Made by a program: the position numbers and the translations under genes. A DNA stretch of 64,000 bases from a virus, in IMG/VR virus record IMGVR_UViG_3300030493_000012. One strand, 5' to 3'. Of the stretch, positions 28,270 to 37,496 are shown one piece after another (position 1 is the first letter of the stretch; every line of letters begins with the position of its first letter). The notes beneath the pieces were generated by a model. It was given only the letters and a program-made list of their open reading frames with translations. It did no database searches and was not told the origin of the DNA.

Positions 28270-29448
28270 TTATGAATTAATTACTCCTTCATCTAAACCC
28301 CAAATTTGAATATGCAAATCATCTAAACTCTTAATTCTTTGAATTTCATCTTTTAGCTTAGATTTTCGTACCTCGGCTAATTGTATTAATTGGTTTCTTT
28401 TGTCTTCGTTCTTCCAAGCTTCAATTAACTGAATTAAACTGGCATTTTCTAATACTCTATTCTTAATCCTATCATTTCTTGTACCTTCAAGATTTTTCCA
28501 AGCTGCTGATTGGCGTTTTTGGTTATCGTCCATCTCTTTACGCAAATTTTTAATGTCTTCAACTAATGACATCGAGATTTTTCGGCCTTCTGAATCATCG
28601 GCACAAGCAGATTTATAAGCCTTTAAGTCCTCTAGTTCGCCCTGCATATCTGTCAAAGCCACAATATCGCAACAAACATTACACACCAAGTCTAGCTCAA
28701 TCTCTGACAAATCGGGTTTATCCCAAATAAATCGAATATATGACTGTTCGAACAGTTCTTTGTTTTTTGGGTTTTTGTAATTATTAATCAACATTATATA
28801 ACGATACATGTGGCAAAACCTAATCAAAGACTTCATGCAGGTCTGTAGTTTAGGATTGTTATCAATATCATCAACGTTAATAGCGTTCAAAATATATTTA
28901 TTAACACGAAAAGCGGCTTTTCTAATTGTGGTCGGTGGCTCATAATCACCTTTAGAATTTTCGTTATTATTAGTAGCCTGACTGCCTAATTCATTTTTAA
29001 TATAATCAAGCACCAACCTTACTTCACCGCTGCCAAAAGAACATTCTTTCTTGAAGATAATATTGGTCATTTCTATTACCTTCATGGTTTTACAGTTGGC
29101 GGCAACAAATTCTTTCTGTTCCTCTGTTAAAAATGGTTTATCTTTGGTTTTGTTCTTTAATTCTTCTTCTAATTTGGTTTGGCGCTCGGTTAGAAAGGTT
29201 TTAACTGATTTAGAATACCTGCTTCTGCCATCCAGCTCCAATTCTGTCAATTCACCAAACGCCTCAATTACTAATTCTCGAATAGAAGGAGGATTGTCTT
29301 TGCGGCTGTTCCATAAATTAATGATTTTAGCCTCTTGTTCTTTTGTTAAAACAGAGTCAATGACAAAAGTAGCGGGCTTAACCTCTTGTTTTGGAGGCTC
29401 AATAACTGGCGGTTGTTCGAATAAACTAATATCTTCTTCTATATCCAT
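28270..29448 (-). CDS. Hypothetical protein, possible terminase small subunit
   Basis: Directly upstream of terL; HTH-like N-terminus and coiled-coil C-terminus. Confidence 0.4.
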   Translation of the reverse strand: MDIEEDISLFEQPPVIEPPKQEVKPATFVIDSVLTKEQEAKIINLWNSRKDNPPSIRELVIEAFGELTELELDGRSRYSKSVKTFLTERQTKLEEELKNKTKDKPFLTEEQKEFVAANCKTMKVIEMTNIIFKKECSFGSGEVRLVLDYIKNELGSQATNNNENSKGDYEPPTTIRKAAFRVNKYILNAINVDDIDNNPKLQTCMKSLIRFCHMYRYIMLINNYKNPKNKELFEQSYIRFIWDKPDLSEIELDLVCNVCCDIVALTDMQGELEDLKAYKSACADDSEGRKISMSLVEDIKNLRKEMDDNQKRQSAAWKNLEGTRNDRIKNRVLENASLIQLIEAWKNEDKRNQLIQLAEVRKSKLKDEIQRIKSLDDLHIQIWGLDEGVINS

Positions 29449-29453
29449 AATCT

Positions 29454-30122
29454 CTAAATGTCGAAATCTTTATTATAAACCAACTCTCTGGCTTGACGGC
29501 TAATAGCTTTTCTTATCATTTTCAAATACTTATGGCCGCGAGCCATTTCAACTTCTGTCTGATAACCAAGCAATTTGACGACTTTTTCATCATCCAAATT
29601 ATCAATAAAACACCATTTGTAGATTTTGAACTCATAAGGGCGCAAAACCAGTTTCATTTTTTTATTCAATTCACGAATTGCAGGCTCAACATCAGTAATT
29701 TCACCTGATTTTTCATAAACCTCCTTCTGATGGTTCTCAATAGGCAAAGGCATCTTAATATCGTGTGCGAATTTTTTGTTTTTGCACCATTTCAAGAATA
29801 AAGGACAACTTTCGCATTGAGTGCCATAAAGTTCACATAAATCGCCACCTTGGTTAAATTCACAGGCATTACAAGGCTTAGAATAGACCGAGAAATTATT
29901 ACGAATTAAATTACTTATCTGGTTTGAAATGATAGCATTGAGCCAGTTAACTAAAGGCTTCTTTTGGTCATATAAATGCCATTTTTTCCAAATATGAAGG
30001 CGTAAAATTTGCGCTACATCATCATAATCCATTGATGTTAAAGAAGTTAGAGTCCACTTTCCGCGCCTTTTCTTGATTTCGGTATCAATTGTGGCGATTG
30101 AGTCTTCAAAAGTGATAGGCAT
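29454..30122 (-). CDS. Phage sigma-70/ECF-like factor with Cys-rich insertion
   Basis: Region-2-like MDYDDVAQILRLHIWKKWHLYD...NWLNAIISNQISNLIR; region-4-like C-terminus. Confidence 0.7.
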   Translation of the reverse strand: MPITFEDSIATIDTEIKKRRGKWTLTSLTSMDYDDVAQILRLHIWKKWHLYDQKKPLVNWLNAIISNQISNLIRNNFSVYSKPCNACEFNQGGDLCELYGTQCESCPLFLKWCKNKKFAHDIKMPLPIENHQKEVYEKSGEITDVEPAIRELNKKMKLVLRPYEFKIYKWCFIDNLDDEKVVKLLGYQTEVEMARGHKYLKMIRKAISRQARELVYNKDFDI

Positions 30123-30173
30123 ATAATAGTATCTTATACCTATTTTAACCTACCAAAGTTCCGAAAATCAAAG

Positions 30174-30932
30174 TTATTTTGCTGGAAACATCGGCTCAAC
30201 TCTGCTGTCATCAAGTGTTTTCAGAATAAAACCTAGAATATCAGACCTTTTAATGTCCTCGTCCCCTAACGAAAAACAATAAATTCCATTATCTCTTGAT
30301 TGCTGATTATCAAAAAGGTCATAAATTCTTTTAAATGCTCCTTGTTTTTTAGCGGGCAAATCTGTTTGTGAAAAGTCACCAACAAAGACCATTTTAGACT
30401 TCATACCATATCTTGTCAGTAAAAGTTTATATTCACCAAAAGTATAATTATTGGCTTCTTCCATTAAAATGTATTTAACAGCCCAGCTTAAACCGCGAGC
30501 AAAATTAACAGGAACAAAAGTTACTCTATTGTCTTGCTGGAGTTTTTGATTATCTTCGGCCTTTAATAATTCTTGACATTTATCAGTGAATACTTGATAA
30601 TAGGGTAATAGCTTGCTAAGAAGGTCGCCTTTCAAGTAACCCAAACTGGCCGAATCAGAGACTTCTAATGCGGTTCTAACGAAAATAATATCAGAGACTT
30701 TCTTTGTTGATAGTAATTTTAATCCACAATAAGTTGCCAAAATTGACTTGCCCGTTCCCGCATTCCCGTTTACAAATACAATTTTTGATTTGCTATCTAA
30801 GATGGTATCAATAATTTCTTTCTGTTTAGTTGTCCAAGGCAATTCTTTTATGAAAATTGAGCCTTTGAATTTATCTCTTTGTGGAATCGTCGGTGAATTG
30901 TCTTTTAGATAAGAAACTTCTTGTTTTTGCAT
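30174..30932 (-). CDS. phoH: PhoH-like ATPase
   Basis: GNAGTGKS, VRTALE, LGYLKGD, ARGLSW, LMEEANN, VFVGDFSQTDL; likely start ATG 30932, 11 nt after GTGTAA. Confidence 0.9.
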   Translation of the reverse strand: MQKQEVSYLKDNSPTIPQRDKFKGSIFIKELPWTTKQKEIIDTILDSKSKIVFVNGNAGTGKSILATYCGLKLLSTKKVSDIIFVRTALEVSDSASLGYLKGDLLSKLLPYYQVFTDKCQELLKAEDNQKLQQDNRVTFVPVNFARGLSWAVKYILMEEANNYTFGEYKLLLTRYGMKSKMVFVGDFSQTDLPAKKQGAFKRIYDLFDNQQSRDNGIYCFSLGDEDIKRSDILGFILKTLDDSRVEPMFPAK

Positions 30933-30939
30933 ATTTAAG

Positions 30940-32325
30940 TTAATTACACTCAAGAGGTTGCGGCTGGTGAACCTTTTTCCATCTATGGCTCGACTCTAAG
31001 TGCTTTATTAGATGCAATAGTTTATGTTTCATTATATAACCGTAAGTAGCCATGTCGTTTTTGATAAAATCTTTCAGTGTTGTGTATTTTCCAACAACCG
31101 CCGATATGTCGTCTATGGTGCGCGGTCTTCTTGGCTTATCGCGCATGTGCTCAATAGCGGTATCAATCAATTTCATTTTCCATAATCTATGATAAACCTT
31201 TTTCTCTTTATCTTTAAAATCTCTAAATGATGAATAGCTTTTAGCAACATTAAGTAAATCTTCTTTATTATAAATTTTAGAAAAAACATCGCCAACCTTA
31301 TAATTTAATATATCACTTTCGGTAATACTTTTGTTGCAAATTTTGTTTATCTTGTCTAAATTACCGACCAACTGTTGTTTTACATCTTCTTCGTATTTTC
31401 GATTGTTCTCTCTAATGTAAATAATGTTAATTTTCTTTTCTGCAAACTTTTCCAGCTTAAGAGCATCATTTTTATTATCAAGATGCCAACCTTTGCCGTT
31501 GTACTCAAAAGCTAAATTAAAATCTGGATAATAAACATCAACCTCATAAGGAGGAATGATTTTTCGACTATTGTATATAGCTTTGACACCTAAAATTCCA
31601 TCCATTATATCTTGAAGTATCATTTGCGGAATACTAAAACTACAAACCGCCATGTGACCGCAAATCGCCTCCAAAAAGCCGGAGTTTCTAGCTACTTGGT
31701 ACGCGGAACCATCTTTTGTTTGAAATTCTGCTCTCGACTTGTATTTCAAAGCAATTTCTTTTAATAAATCAAACGTTAAATCTCTTCCTAAAATTGTTTT
31801 ATTTCTTTTTACTAAAAGCTCTTTTCTAGCTTCCGTCTTTTTTCTTTCAAACTGCTCAGACCTCTGTAGTTTTAACCTCCTTGCCTTTGCTACAATAAGA
31901 GACTTCTTACATCCAAGTTCTGTAGAAATTAGTTGTGTTGAAGTATTTGGGTATAATTCTATTAATCTATTTGTTTTTTCGTCCGTCCATCCAAATGGAT
32001 TTTTACGGCAATCTTCTGAACAAAATAGCCGATACCTATCTTTATATCCCGCAATAAACTCCTTTTTACAAGATTTGCAAATTTTAACAGATTCAACCCA
32101 AATCTTTTTTCTTAATTCGGTTCTTTCTTTAGACAGTCCTTGAAGAAGCCTTCTTTTGTCGCCTTGGTTTTTACCACTGCATTTTCGGCAAAGACATCTG
32201 TTTTCATTATTTTTAAGTGTCTTTCGGTGATTGGAAACCGACCTAAAATAATGCTCTCCGCAAACATCACATTTAATTTCTATCTCTTCCTGAACCGTTT
32301 TAGGTAAAACTTCTGAAACTATCAT
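30940..32325 (-). CDS. Putative free-standing PD-(D/E)xK/Vsr-like endonuclease with zinc fingers and repeated helical modules
   Basis: YEVDVYYPDFNLAFEYNGKGWH; CxxC pairs; repeated A.KY.S..EF..KD..AY modules. Confidence 0.65.
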   Translation of the reverse strand: MIVSEVLPKTVQEEIEIKCDVCGEHYFRSVSNHRKTLKNNENRCLCRKCSGKNQGDKRRLLQGLSKERTELRKKIWVESVKICKSCKKEFIAGYKDRYRLFCSEDCRKNPFGWTDEKTNRLIELYPNTSTQLISTELGCKKSLIVAKARRLKLQRSEQFERKKTEARKELLVKRNKTILGRDLTFDLLKEIALKYKSRAEFQTKDGSAYQVARNSGFLEAICGHMAVCSFSIPQMILQDIMDGILGVKAIYNSRKIIPPYEVDVYYPDFNLAFEYNGKGWHLDNKNDALKLEKFAEKKINIIYIRENNRKYEEDVKQQLVGNLDKINKICNKSITESDILNYKVGDVFSKIYNKEDLLNVAKSYSSFRDFKDKEKKVYHRLWKMKLIDTAIEHMRDKPRRPRTIDDISAVVGKYTTLKDFIKNDMATYGYIMKHKLLHLIKHLESSHRWKKVHQPQPLECN

Positions 32326-32333
32326 AATTAAAT

Positions 32334-32477
32334 CTAATTCATCTCCTTAAACTTAACCCCGGCAATTTGACGTGCCAAAAGATAAATAATCGCAAAAATT
32401 GTCAAGCCAGCCATCGCTACAATAAAGACTGGCGACACAAGAATCACGCCAATTGACAAAAGAATGTCTTTTAACAT
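32334..32477 (-). CDS. Small membrane peptide
   Basis: MLKDILLSIGVILVSPVFIVAMAGLTIFAIIYLLAR; likely start 32477. Confidence 0.5.
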   Translation of the reverse strand: MLKDILLSIGVILVSPVFIVAMAGLTIFAIIYLLARQIAGVKFKEMN

Positions 32478-32481
32478 AAAT

Positions 32482-32862
32482 TTATGCCTGAGAATCGCCT
32501 TTTCCAATCCTAAAACTGCCGTCTTCAAAGTGTTGTGTGCTAAATTCAATAAATTCCGAGTCTTCAAGTGCTATAAACTGATGTGGCGCAAAAGGCGGAA
32601 TGTGAATAATTGAACCTTGTTCTAAAATTACCTTCAACTCTTCGCCTGTAAATAAATTGAAATGAATTAGCTCGATTTTACCTTTAATTAGATATAGATG
32701 CTCTCGCTTGCCGTGCATATGAGCCGAACATTTTTTGCCTTTCTCAAAGACTAAAATCTTTCCACAATAATCAGGAGAATTGCATATCCAAACTTCTTTT
32801 CCCCAGCCTTTTTTATGAATTTCGGGCTTTGTGAACTCAATATTTTGAGGTTTATATTCCAT
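32482..32862 (-). CDS. Cupin-domain protein (sugar isomerase-like)
   Basis: KGWGKEVWI...CSAHMHGKREHLY...HIPPFAPHQF; true start ATG 32862, 6 nt after TATAAT. Confidence 0.8.
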   Translation of the reverse strand: MEYKPQNIEFTKPEIHKKGWGKEVWICNSPDYCGKILVFEKGKKCSAHMHGKREHLYLIKGKIELIHFNLFTGEELKVILEQGSIIHIPPFAPHQFIALEDSEFIEFSTQHFEDGSFRIGKGDSQA

Positions 32863-33009
32863 TTGAATATTATAGCCAAAGAAACTCAAAAAGTCAAGTT
32901 TTAGGTTGGCTATATTCGACTGGAACAATGTTTGGCTCGTTAGGAAGTCTAGTTTGGCAGCTTGAAAAACCAAGAATCGTTACTAATAAACAAACATAAA
33001 CTATCTTTT

Positions 33010-33465
33010 TCATAGTCTAAAGAAAAATATACTCTCAATTTCGTCCTTTGTCAACTCAACAATCTTGGAATTTTGAGGCTCAAAAAATCCCATTGTCAAA
33101 TTTCCACCTTCATTATAATAAAAGAAAACATTAATTGCATGACCTTGCATATCAATATCTCTGGTATAATAAATTTCTCCGAAGGCTAAATCAGCCAAAA
33201 TATCGCTGGTGGCTTTGTCTTTTTGGTGTAATTCTTTAATCCAAAAATTAGCGCCCAAGGCAAAATTATCACAGTCTCTCTTGCCTACAATATACTTGCC
33301 AATTTTATTATTGAATTTATATTTTTCCCACGATTTAGCAAATTTTACCTTTATCCAGTCAAGCGAAGGACATAAATACTCGTCATCTCCAAAATAAACA
33401 TGCCTAAAATCTATTTCTTTAGATTTAAGCAGTTCAACTATTTCGTCGGAAGTCGTTATGTGCAT
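33010..33465 (-). CDS. MOA-lectin-C/papain-like cysteine protease family protein
   Basis: RDCDNFA...FGEI...GHAINVF...FFEPQN. Confidence 0.65.
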   Translation of the reverse strand: MHITTSDEIVELLKSKEIDFRHVYFGDDEYLCPSLDWIKVKFAKSWEKYKFNNKIGKYIVGKRDCDNFALGANFWIKELHQKDKATSDILADLAFGEIYYTRDIDMQGHAINVFFYYNEGGNLTMGFFEPQNSKIVELTKDEIESIFFFRL

Positions 33466-33674
33466 TAGAATTCTTTACCGCAAGCAAAACACTTCTTTTC
33501 TTTGCCTTCAACTAAAACTAAACTGTCTTTTTTGCATGAAGGACAGGTTTGGCGGTCTAAACTATAACTTTTCCAGCAAATTTCGGAGTAGTTGTCTCGA
33601 AAAGATTTGGAAAAGCAATTTCGTGGCTTAGAGCCTTTGCCATTAGACGATTTGCTCTTGTCCATTAGCTTCAA
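33465..33674 (-). CDS. Small zinc-ribbon protein
   Basis: GKGSKPRN...CPSC...CFACG. Confidence 0.5.
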   Translation of the reverse strand: MKLMDKSKSSNGKGSKPRNCFSKSFRDNYSEICWKSYSLDRQTCPSCKKDSLVLVEGKEKKCFACGKEF

Positions 33675-33948
33675 TTACTGGAGTTGGTGCAATTTCGGCA
33701 GGAGGATTTTTTAGAGCGGCCTTTTCGGCTCGACGCTTATCGCGCTCTTCAATTTGATACTTTTTAGCGTAATTAATGTAGCGGTCGCGGTTTTTAACAT
33801 AATGGTCTTTGTCATGCTTTTGAGTGCAAGCCTTGCATTGATACTTGAAACCATGTTTTGCGCCTTTTTGACGATAAAAATGCTCCTTGGTTAAAGGCTT
33901 TTCTTCGGTGCATTTGCTACAGATTCGAGTTAAATTTCGGTCAATCAT
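33643..33948 (-). CDS. Small zinc-finger protein (HNH N-terminal-type finger only)
   Basis: CSKCTEEKPL...F...CKAC; GTGTAA at 33957-33962. Confidence 0.55.
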   Translation of the reverse strand: MIDRNLTRICSKCTEEKPLTKEHFYRQKGAKHGFKYQCKACTQKHDKDHYVKNRDRYINYAKKYQIEERDKRRAEKAALKNPPAEIAPTPVIEANGQEQIV

Positions 33949-34200
33949 ACTTTGTATTACACTAATTTTCGGAATGTGACGAAAACTAATTTTCGAACTG
34001 ACATTTGCATTGAATTTGTGTATCTGGCTGGACTACAGCATTTAAAAGTCAACAATATCTTTTGTTTTGCTGAATATTTTGCAGCATAGAGGTTTTTGAT
34101 TCTCAAATATGAGAAATTCATTGTCATCTGACCGAACTGAGATAAATCGTTGTTTCATACTGTTAATTACAGTACAAAAGTGACGAAAATGTTACAAAAA

Positions 34201-35502
34201 TTAAACAGACTCGTTCCAGCCAAGCGAAGCATAAAAAGTCTCGGCCTGCGAGCTAAATCTTTGAATACCAAGAACTATTGTATCTGGATTTCCTGTAATT
34301 CCAACACCTAAAGACACTTTATTTTTAATCTCAGAATTGATTGTGCCTTCAAATTGAGCCTGACCATAGCCTTCTGTCATAACAAGACCGCTAACAATTT
34401 TGGTTGAATTGTCTGTCCCAATTGCCGCTCTAACAGCAGAATAAGGTACTCCTGTATAAGACAAAGCGGTTCCTGTTAAAGTTGGATTATAATATAAGAC
34501 CCACCTAAAAGCCGCCGTTGTCGTGCAAATCATGCTTAAAGATTTAATATCAATTTCAGCATCATAACATCCAGACCTAAGTTGCACAGCAATAATAGGA
34601 TAGACATCAGAATCATTTAATGTAACAAAAGGATTCGCGCCTCTGCTTGTTGAAATATCAAAACCATTTTGCTCTCTTCCGCCTTCTGATGCTACAGAGG
34701 CACAAATACATACCAAAGATGCCGCGCCACCACTTCCGCCGTTGCTAATTTCATACCTTAGAGGTAAATTAGGCGTGGCCATATAGACTTTATCAACTAA
34801 ATTGGCGTGATGAAAGGCATGGCAATAAACAAAAATACCATCAATTACAAAACCCATTCTGACAGAACCAGTTCCGAGCCATTCATAATCAATTAAAAAG
34901 ATTTGAGCCTTGGAAGTGTCTATTGTTTTACCAGAAGGCCCGGTTCCATCCAAAGAATCAATATTCCAGTCTGCTTGCTCGACTGTTTCATACTCAATCG
35001 AACCATTGGTTTTGTTTCTAATTCTAAACCTTAAAGCCGCGCCTGCTAATTCAAAAAGAATACCATTATTATCATCAAATAAACCAATCCTGCGCGTGAC
35101 GCCTGTAACCGCCGCTCCTAAAACGCCAGTCATTAGAACTAGTTGCGAACGACCGGGTTGATAATTAAATCTCCTTTTAGTTTGTCTGACTCTAGTTCCT
35201 GCTGTAGAAGCACTTACAGCTATAGTTGTTGAGGCTTGGCCCAAATTGTACGTTGACGTAGTGCCGGTTCCAGAGGTTTGCTGGTCGTCCCAATATAATG
35301 GCCGATTATCAATTAATTGTTTGGAATCAAAAATAACATGAGGCTGCGATATTCTTAAGCGTCCGAAGGCGTCTAAAGTGGCGGCGTCCAATGAGCCAGT
35401 AATACCCGGTTGCATCTTATCTAGCAAGGGGTTATAATACATTGGCGTGATGAACTTGTTAGTTCCGCCATCACCGTAGTCAATTATTGGTCTGTTGGGC
35501 AC
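34201..35502 (-). CDS. Putative virion structural protein
   Basis: DAFGRLRISQPHVIFDS motif family, beta-rich; GTG start with GTGTAA 25 nt upstream. Confidence 0.65.
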   Translation of the reverse strand: MPNRPIIDYGDGGTNKFITPMYYNPLLDKMQPGITGSLDAATLDAFGRLRISQPHVIFDSKQLIDNRPLYWDDQQTSGTGTTSTYNLGQASTTIAVSASTAGTRVRQTKRRFNYQPGRSQLVLMTGVLGAAVTGVTRRIGLFDDNNGILFELAGAALRFRIRNKTNGSIEYETVEQADWNIDSLDGTGPSGKTIDTSKAQIFLIDYEWLGTGSVRMGFVIDGIFVYCHAFHHANLVDKVYMATPNLPLRYEISNGGSGGAASLVCICASVASEGGREQNGFDISTSRGANPFVTLNDSDVYPIIAVQLRSGCYDAEIDIKSLSMICTTTAAFRWVLYYNPTLTGTALSYTGVPYSAVRAAIGTDNSTKIVSGLVMTEGYGQAQFEGTINSEIKNKVSLGVGITGNPDTIVLGIQRFSSQAETFYASLGWNESV

Positions 35503-35540
35503 AAAACTTTAGTATTCTTGATTATTATTACACTTTTATG

Positions 35541-35569
35541 TTGACTTTTTGGCGCAATTTGGCTATCAT
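35541..35569 (+). promoter_or_regulatory. Sigma70-type promoter, leaderless geometry
   Basis: TTGACT-17-TATCAT-6-ATG(35576). Confidence 0.8.
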
Positions 35570-35575
35570 TGAAAT

Positions 35576-35968
35576 ATGCGAGAATTAAAATTTAGAGTTT
35601 GGACAGGTAATAAAATGGAATATAACGTAATGGTTGGTTTTTTGGGCGCATTTTACGTCCAAGGAATTAATCCGCATGATTCTGCTTGTCTTAGTAGTTT
35701 TAATACAATTTATTCTAAAGAAACACCAGTAATGCAATTTACAGGATTGAAAGATTCGACCGGAAAAGATATTTACGAAGGAGATATTATTTTTGACGGA
35801 GAAAGTTCTACTAAAATAATGAAAAAATTTTTTATTGAATATAATAAAGACTATGGCCGTTTTACAGCAATAGGAGTAGGTCGAGAAAGCTGGACTTGGG
35901 TTCTTGATATTCGCTCAACCGGAAAAGTTGTCGGTAATATTTTCGAAAATCTCGAACTACTTAAATAA
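35576..35968 (+). CDS. YopX-family protein 1
   Basis: LKFRVW...MQFTGLKD..GKDIYEGDI...VVGNIFENLELL. Confidence 0.9.
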   Translation: MRELKFRVWTGNKMEYNVMVGFLGAFYVQGINPHDSACLSSFNTIYSKETPVMQFTGLKDSTGKDIYEGDIIFDGESSTKIMKKFFIEYNKDYGRFTAIGVGRESWTWVLDIRSTGKVVGNIFENLELLK

Positions 35969-35970
35969 TC

Positions 35971-36354
35971 ATGAGAGAATTAAAATTTAGAATTTGGCAA
36001 AAAAATCAAAATACTTGGTGCGACGAGTCTTTTTATATTAGTCCAAATGGAAAATGGATCATGCAAGAAGGTAATTATGAAAATATTCATCATTTAAACA
36101 ATGGAAAGTTCATAGTCCAGCAATTTACCGGAGTAAAAGACTCGGATGAGAAAGAAATTTTTGAAGGAGACATTGTAAATGTCAAATTCAGAAAATGCGG
36201 CGAACAAATTTGTGAAATTAAATATGACACAATGGGATTTGAATGCTTCTTGATAACAAAAGAAGAGCCTAGTTTTCCGATGTGTATTAAAGATATAATA
36301 ATTAAAATTAAAGTTATTGGCAATATCTTTGAAAATCCAGAATTATTGAAATGA
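35971..36354 (+). CDS. YopX-family protein 2
   Basis: LKFRIW...QQFTGVKD..KEIFEGDIV...VIGNIFENPELL. Confidence 0.9.
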   Translation: MRELKFRIWQKNQNTWCDESFYISPNGKWIMQEGNYENIHHLNNGKFIVQQFTGVKDSDEKEIFEGDIVNVKFRKCGEQICEIKYDTMGFECFLITKEEPSFPMCIKDIIIKIKVIGNIFENPELLK

Positions 36355-36845
36355 ATAATAGAATATTGAAATTTAGAGTTTATGACAACAAAAACAAACG
36401 CTTTTTGCTTCCTTATCCATTTTTAGACGTTAGAGCAGTTAATTCTTTCGAAGGAGAAAAGCACATTGACTCATTTTTATTGTGCGGAAATGGTGAATTA
36501 GCATTTAATCTAAAATTTTATTGCGCGGCTAATAAAGAAGAAAATCAAATTAGATATTCAATTTTGCAATTTACAGGTTTATTGGATGCAAATAACAAAG
36601 AAATATTTGAAGGGGACATAGTTAAAACCGACCCAAAACACATGGCTTCGGCTTTAGGTTTAGTTCCTAATTACACAAAAGGCTATATTGACTGGGTTAA
36701 TGAATCATGGAAAGTATGCCAATCAAAAATCGGAGCCACACATTTAGGAGATTTTGCGACTTGCCATTGTTGTAATTGTGGGCTGGAAATTATTGGAAAT
36801 ATATTTGAAAACCCTGAAATTTTAGAACAAAACAATGAACAATAA
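36351..36845 (+). CDS. YopX-family protein 3
   Basis: LKFRVY...LQFTGLLD..KEIFEGDIV...IIGNIFENPEIL. Confidence 0.9.
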   Translation: MNNRILKFRVYDNKNKRFLLPYPFLDVRAVNSFEGEKHIDSFLLCGNGELAFNLKFYCAANKEENQIRYSILQFTGLLDANNKEIFEGDIVKTDPKHMASALGLVPNYTKGYIDWVNESWKVCQSKIGATHLGDFATCHCCNCGLEIIGNIFENPEILEQNNEQ

Positions 36846-37251
36846 CTTTATATTAAGAGCATGGGACAGAGAAACTAAAAAATTCGCCTCTGTGGCTAGT
36901 TTGGTCATGTTGAGATATGGTCAAGTTGACGCACCAGACCGGCACTATTCATTTTCAAATGACGACTATGATAGATTTGAGTTTTGCAGATTTACTGGGC
37001 TTTTTGATAATAACAACAAACCGATTTTCGAGAATGATATTGTAAAAACGATTTATGACGCTGATAAAATTGGAAAGGTTGTTTTTAGTTCCTCGTTAGC
37101 GTCATTTAGAGTAGCCTCGCTAACAAGAGAGCTAAGTATGCCAATCGTCACATATCGAGTAAATGAAAATTCTCCTAACGAAGGCAAGTTTTTATTGATT
37201 ATAGAAGAGGTTATCGGGAATGTGTTTGAGAATCCAGAGTTAATTTCTTGA
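36835..37251 (+). CDS. YopX-family protein 4
   Basis: ILRAWD...RFTGLFD..KPIFENDIV...VIGNVFENPELI. Confidence 0.9.
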   Translation: MNNNFILRAWDRETKKFASVASLVMLRYGQVDAPDRHYSFSNDDYDRFEFCRFTGLFDNNNKPIFENDIVKTIYDADKIGKVVFSSSLASFRVASLTRELSMPIVTYRVNENSPNEGKFLLIIEEVIGNVFENPELIS

Positions 37252-37282
37252 CAAAAAGTAATGATTAGAATATCATAAAAAT

Positions 37283-37495
37283 ATGAAAATCCTAAAACAC
37301 GCAGCTAAACAAAAAAGATTACGATATTATTATGGAAAATGTTCAAATTGTGGATGTGTTGTTTCTGCTAATTCTGATGAAATTATTTCGTATGGATGGA
37401 GCAGAATATGTCCACCTTATTATTATGTAAGTTGTCCAGAACGAGGCTGTAAAAATACAATAGGCTTATATTCAAAGAAAAAATCTATAAAATAA
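37283..37495 (+). CDS. Small zinc-ribbon protein
   Basis: CSNCGC...CPERGC; TTGACA-17-TATCAT-6-ATG. Confidence 0.7.
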   Translation: MKILKHAAKQKRLRYYYGKCSNCGCVVSANSDEIISYGWSRICPPYYYVSCPERGCKNTIGLYSKKKSIK

Positions 37496-37496
37496 T

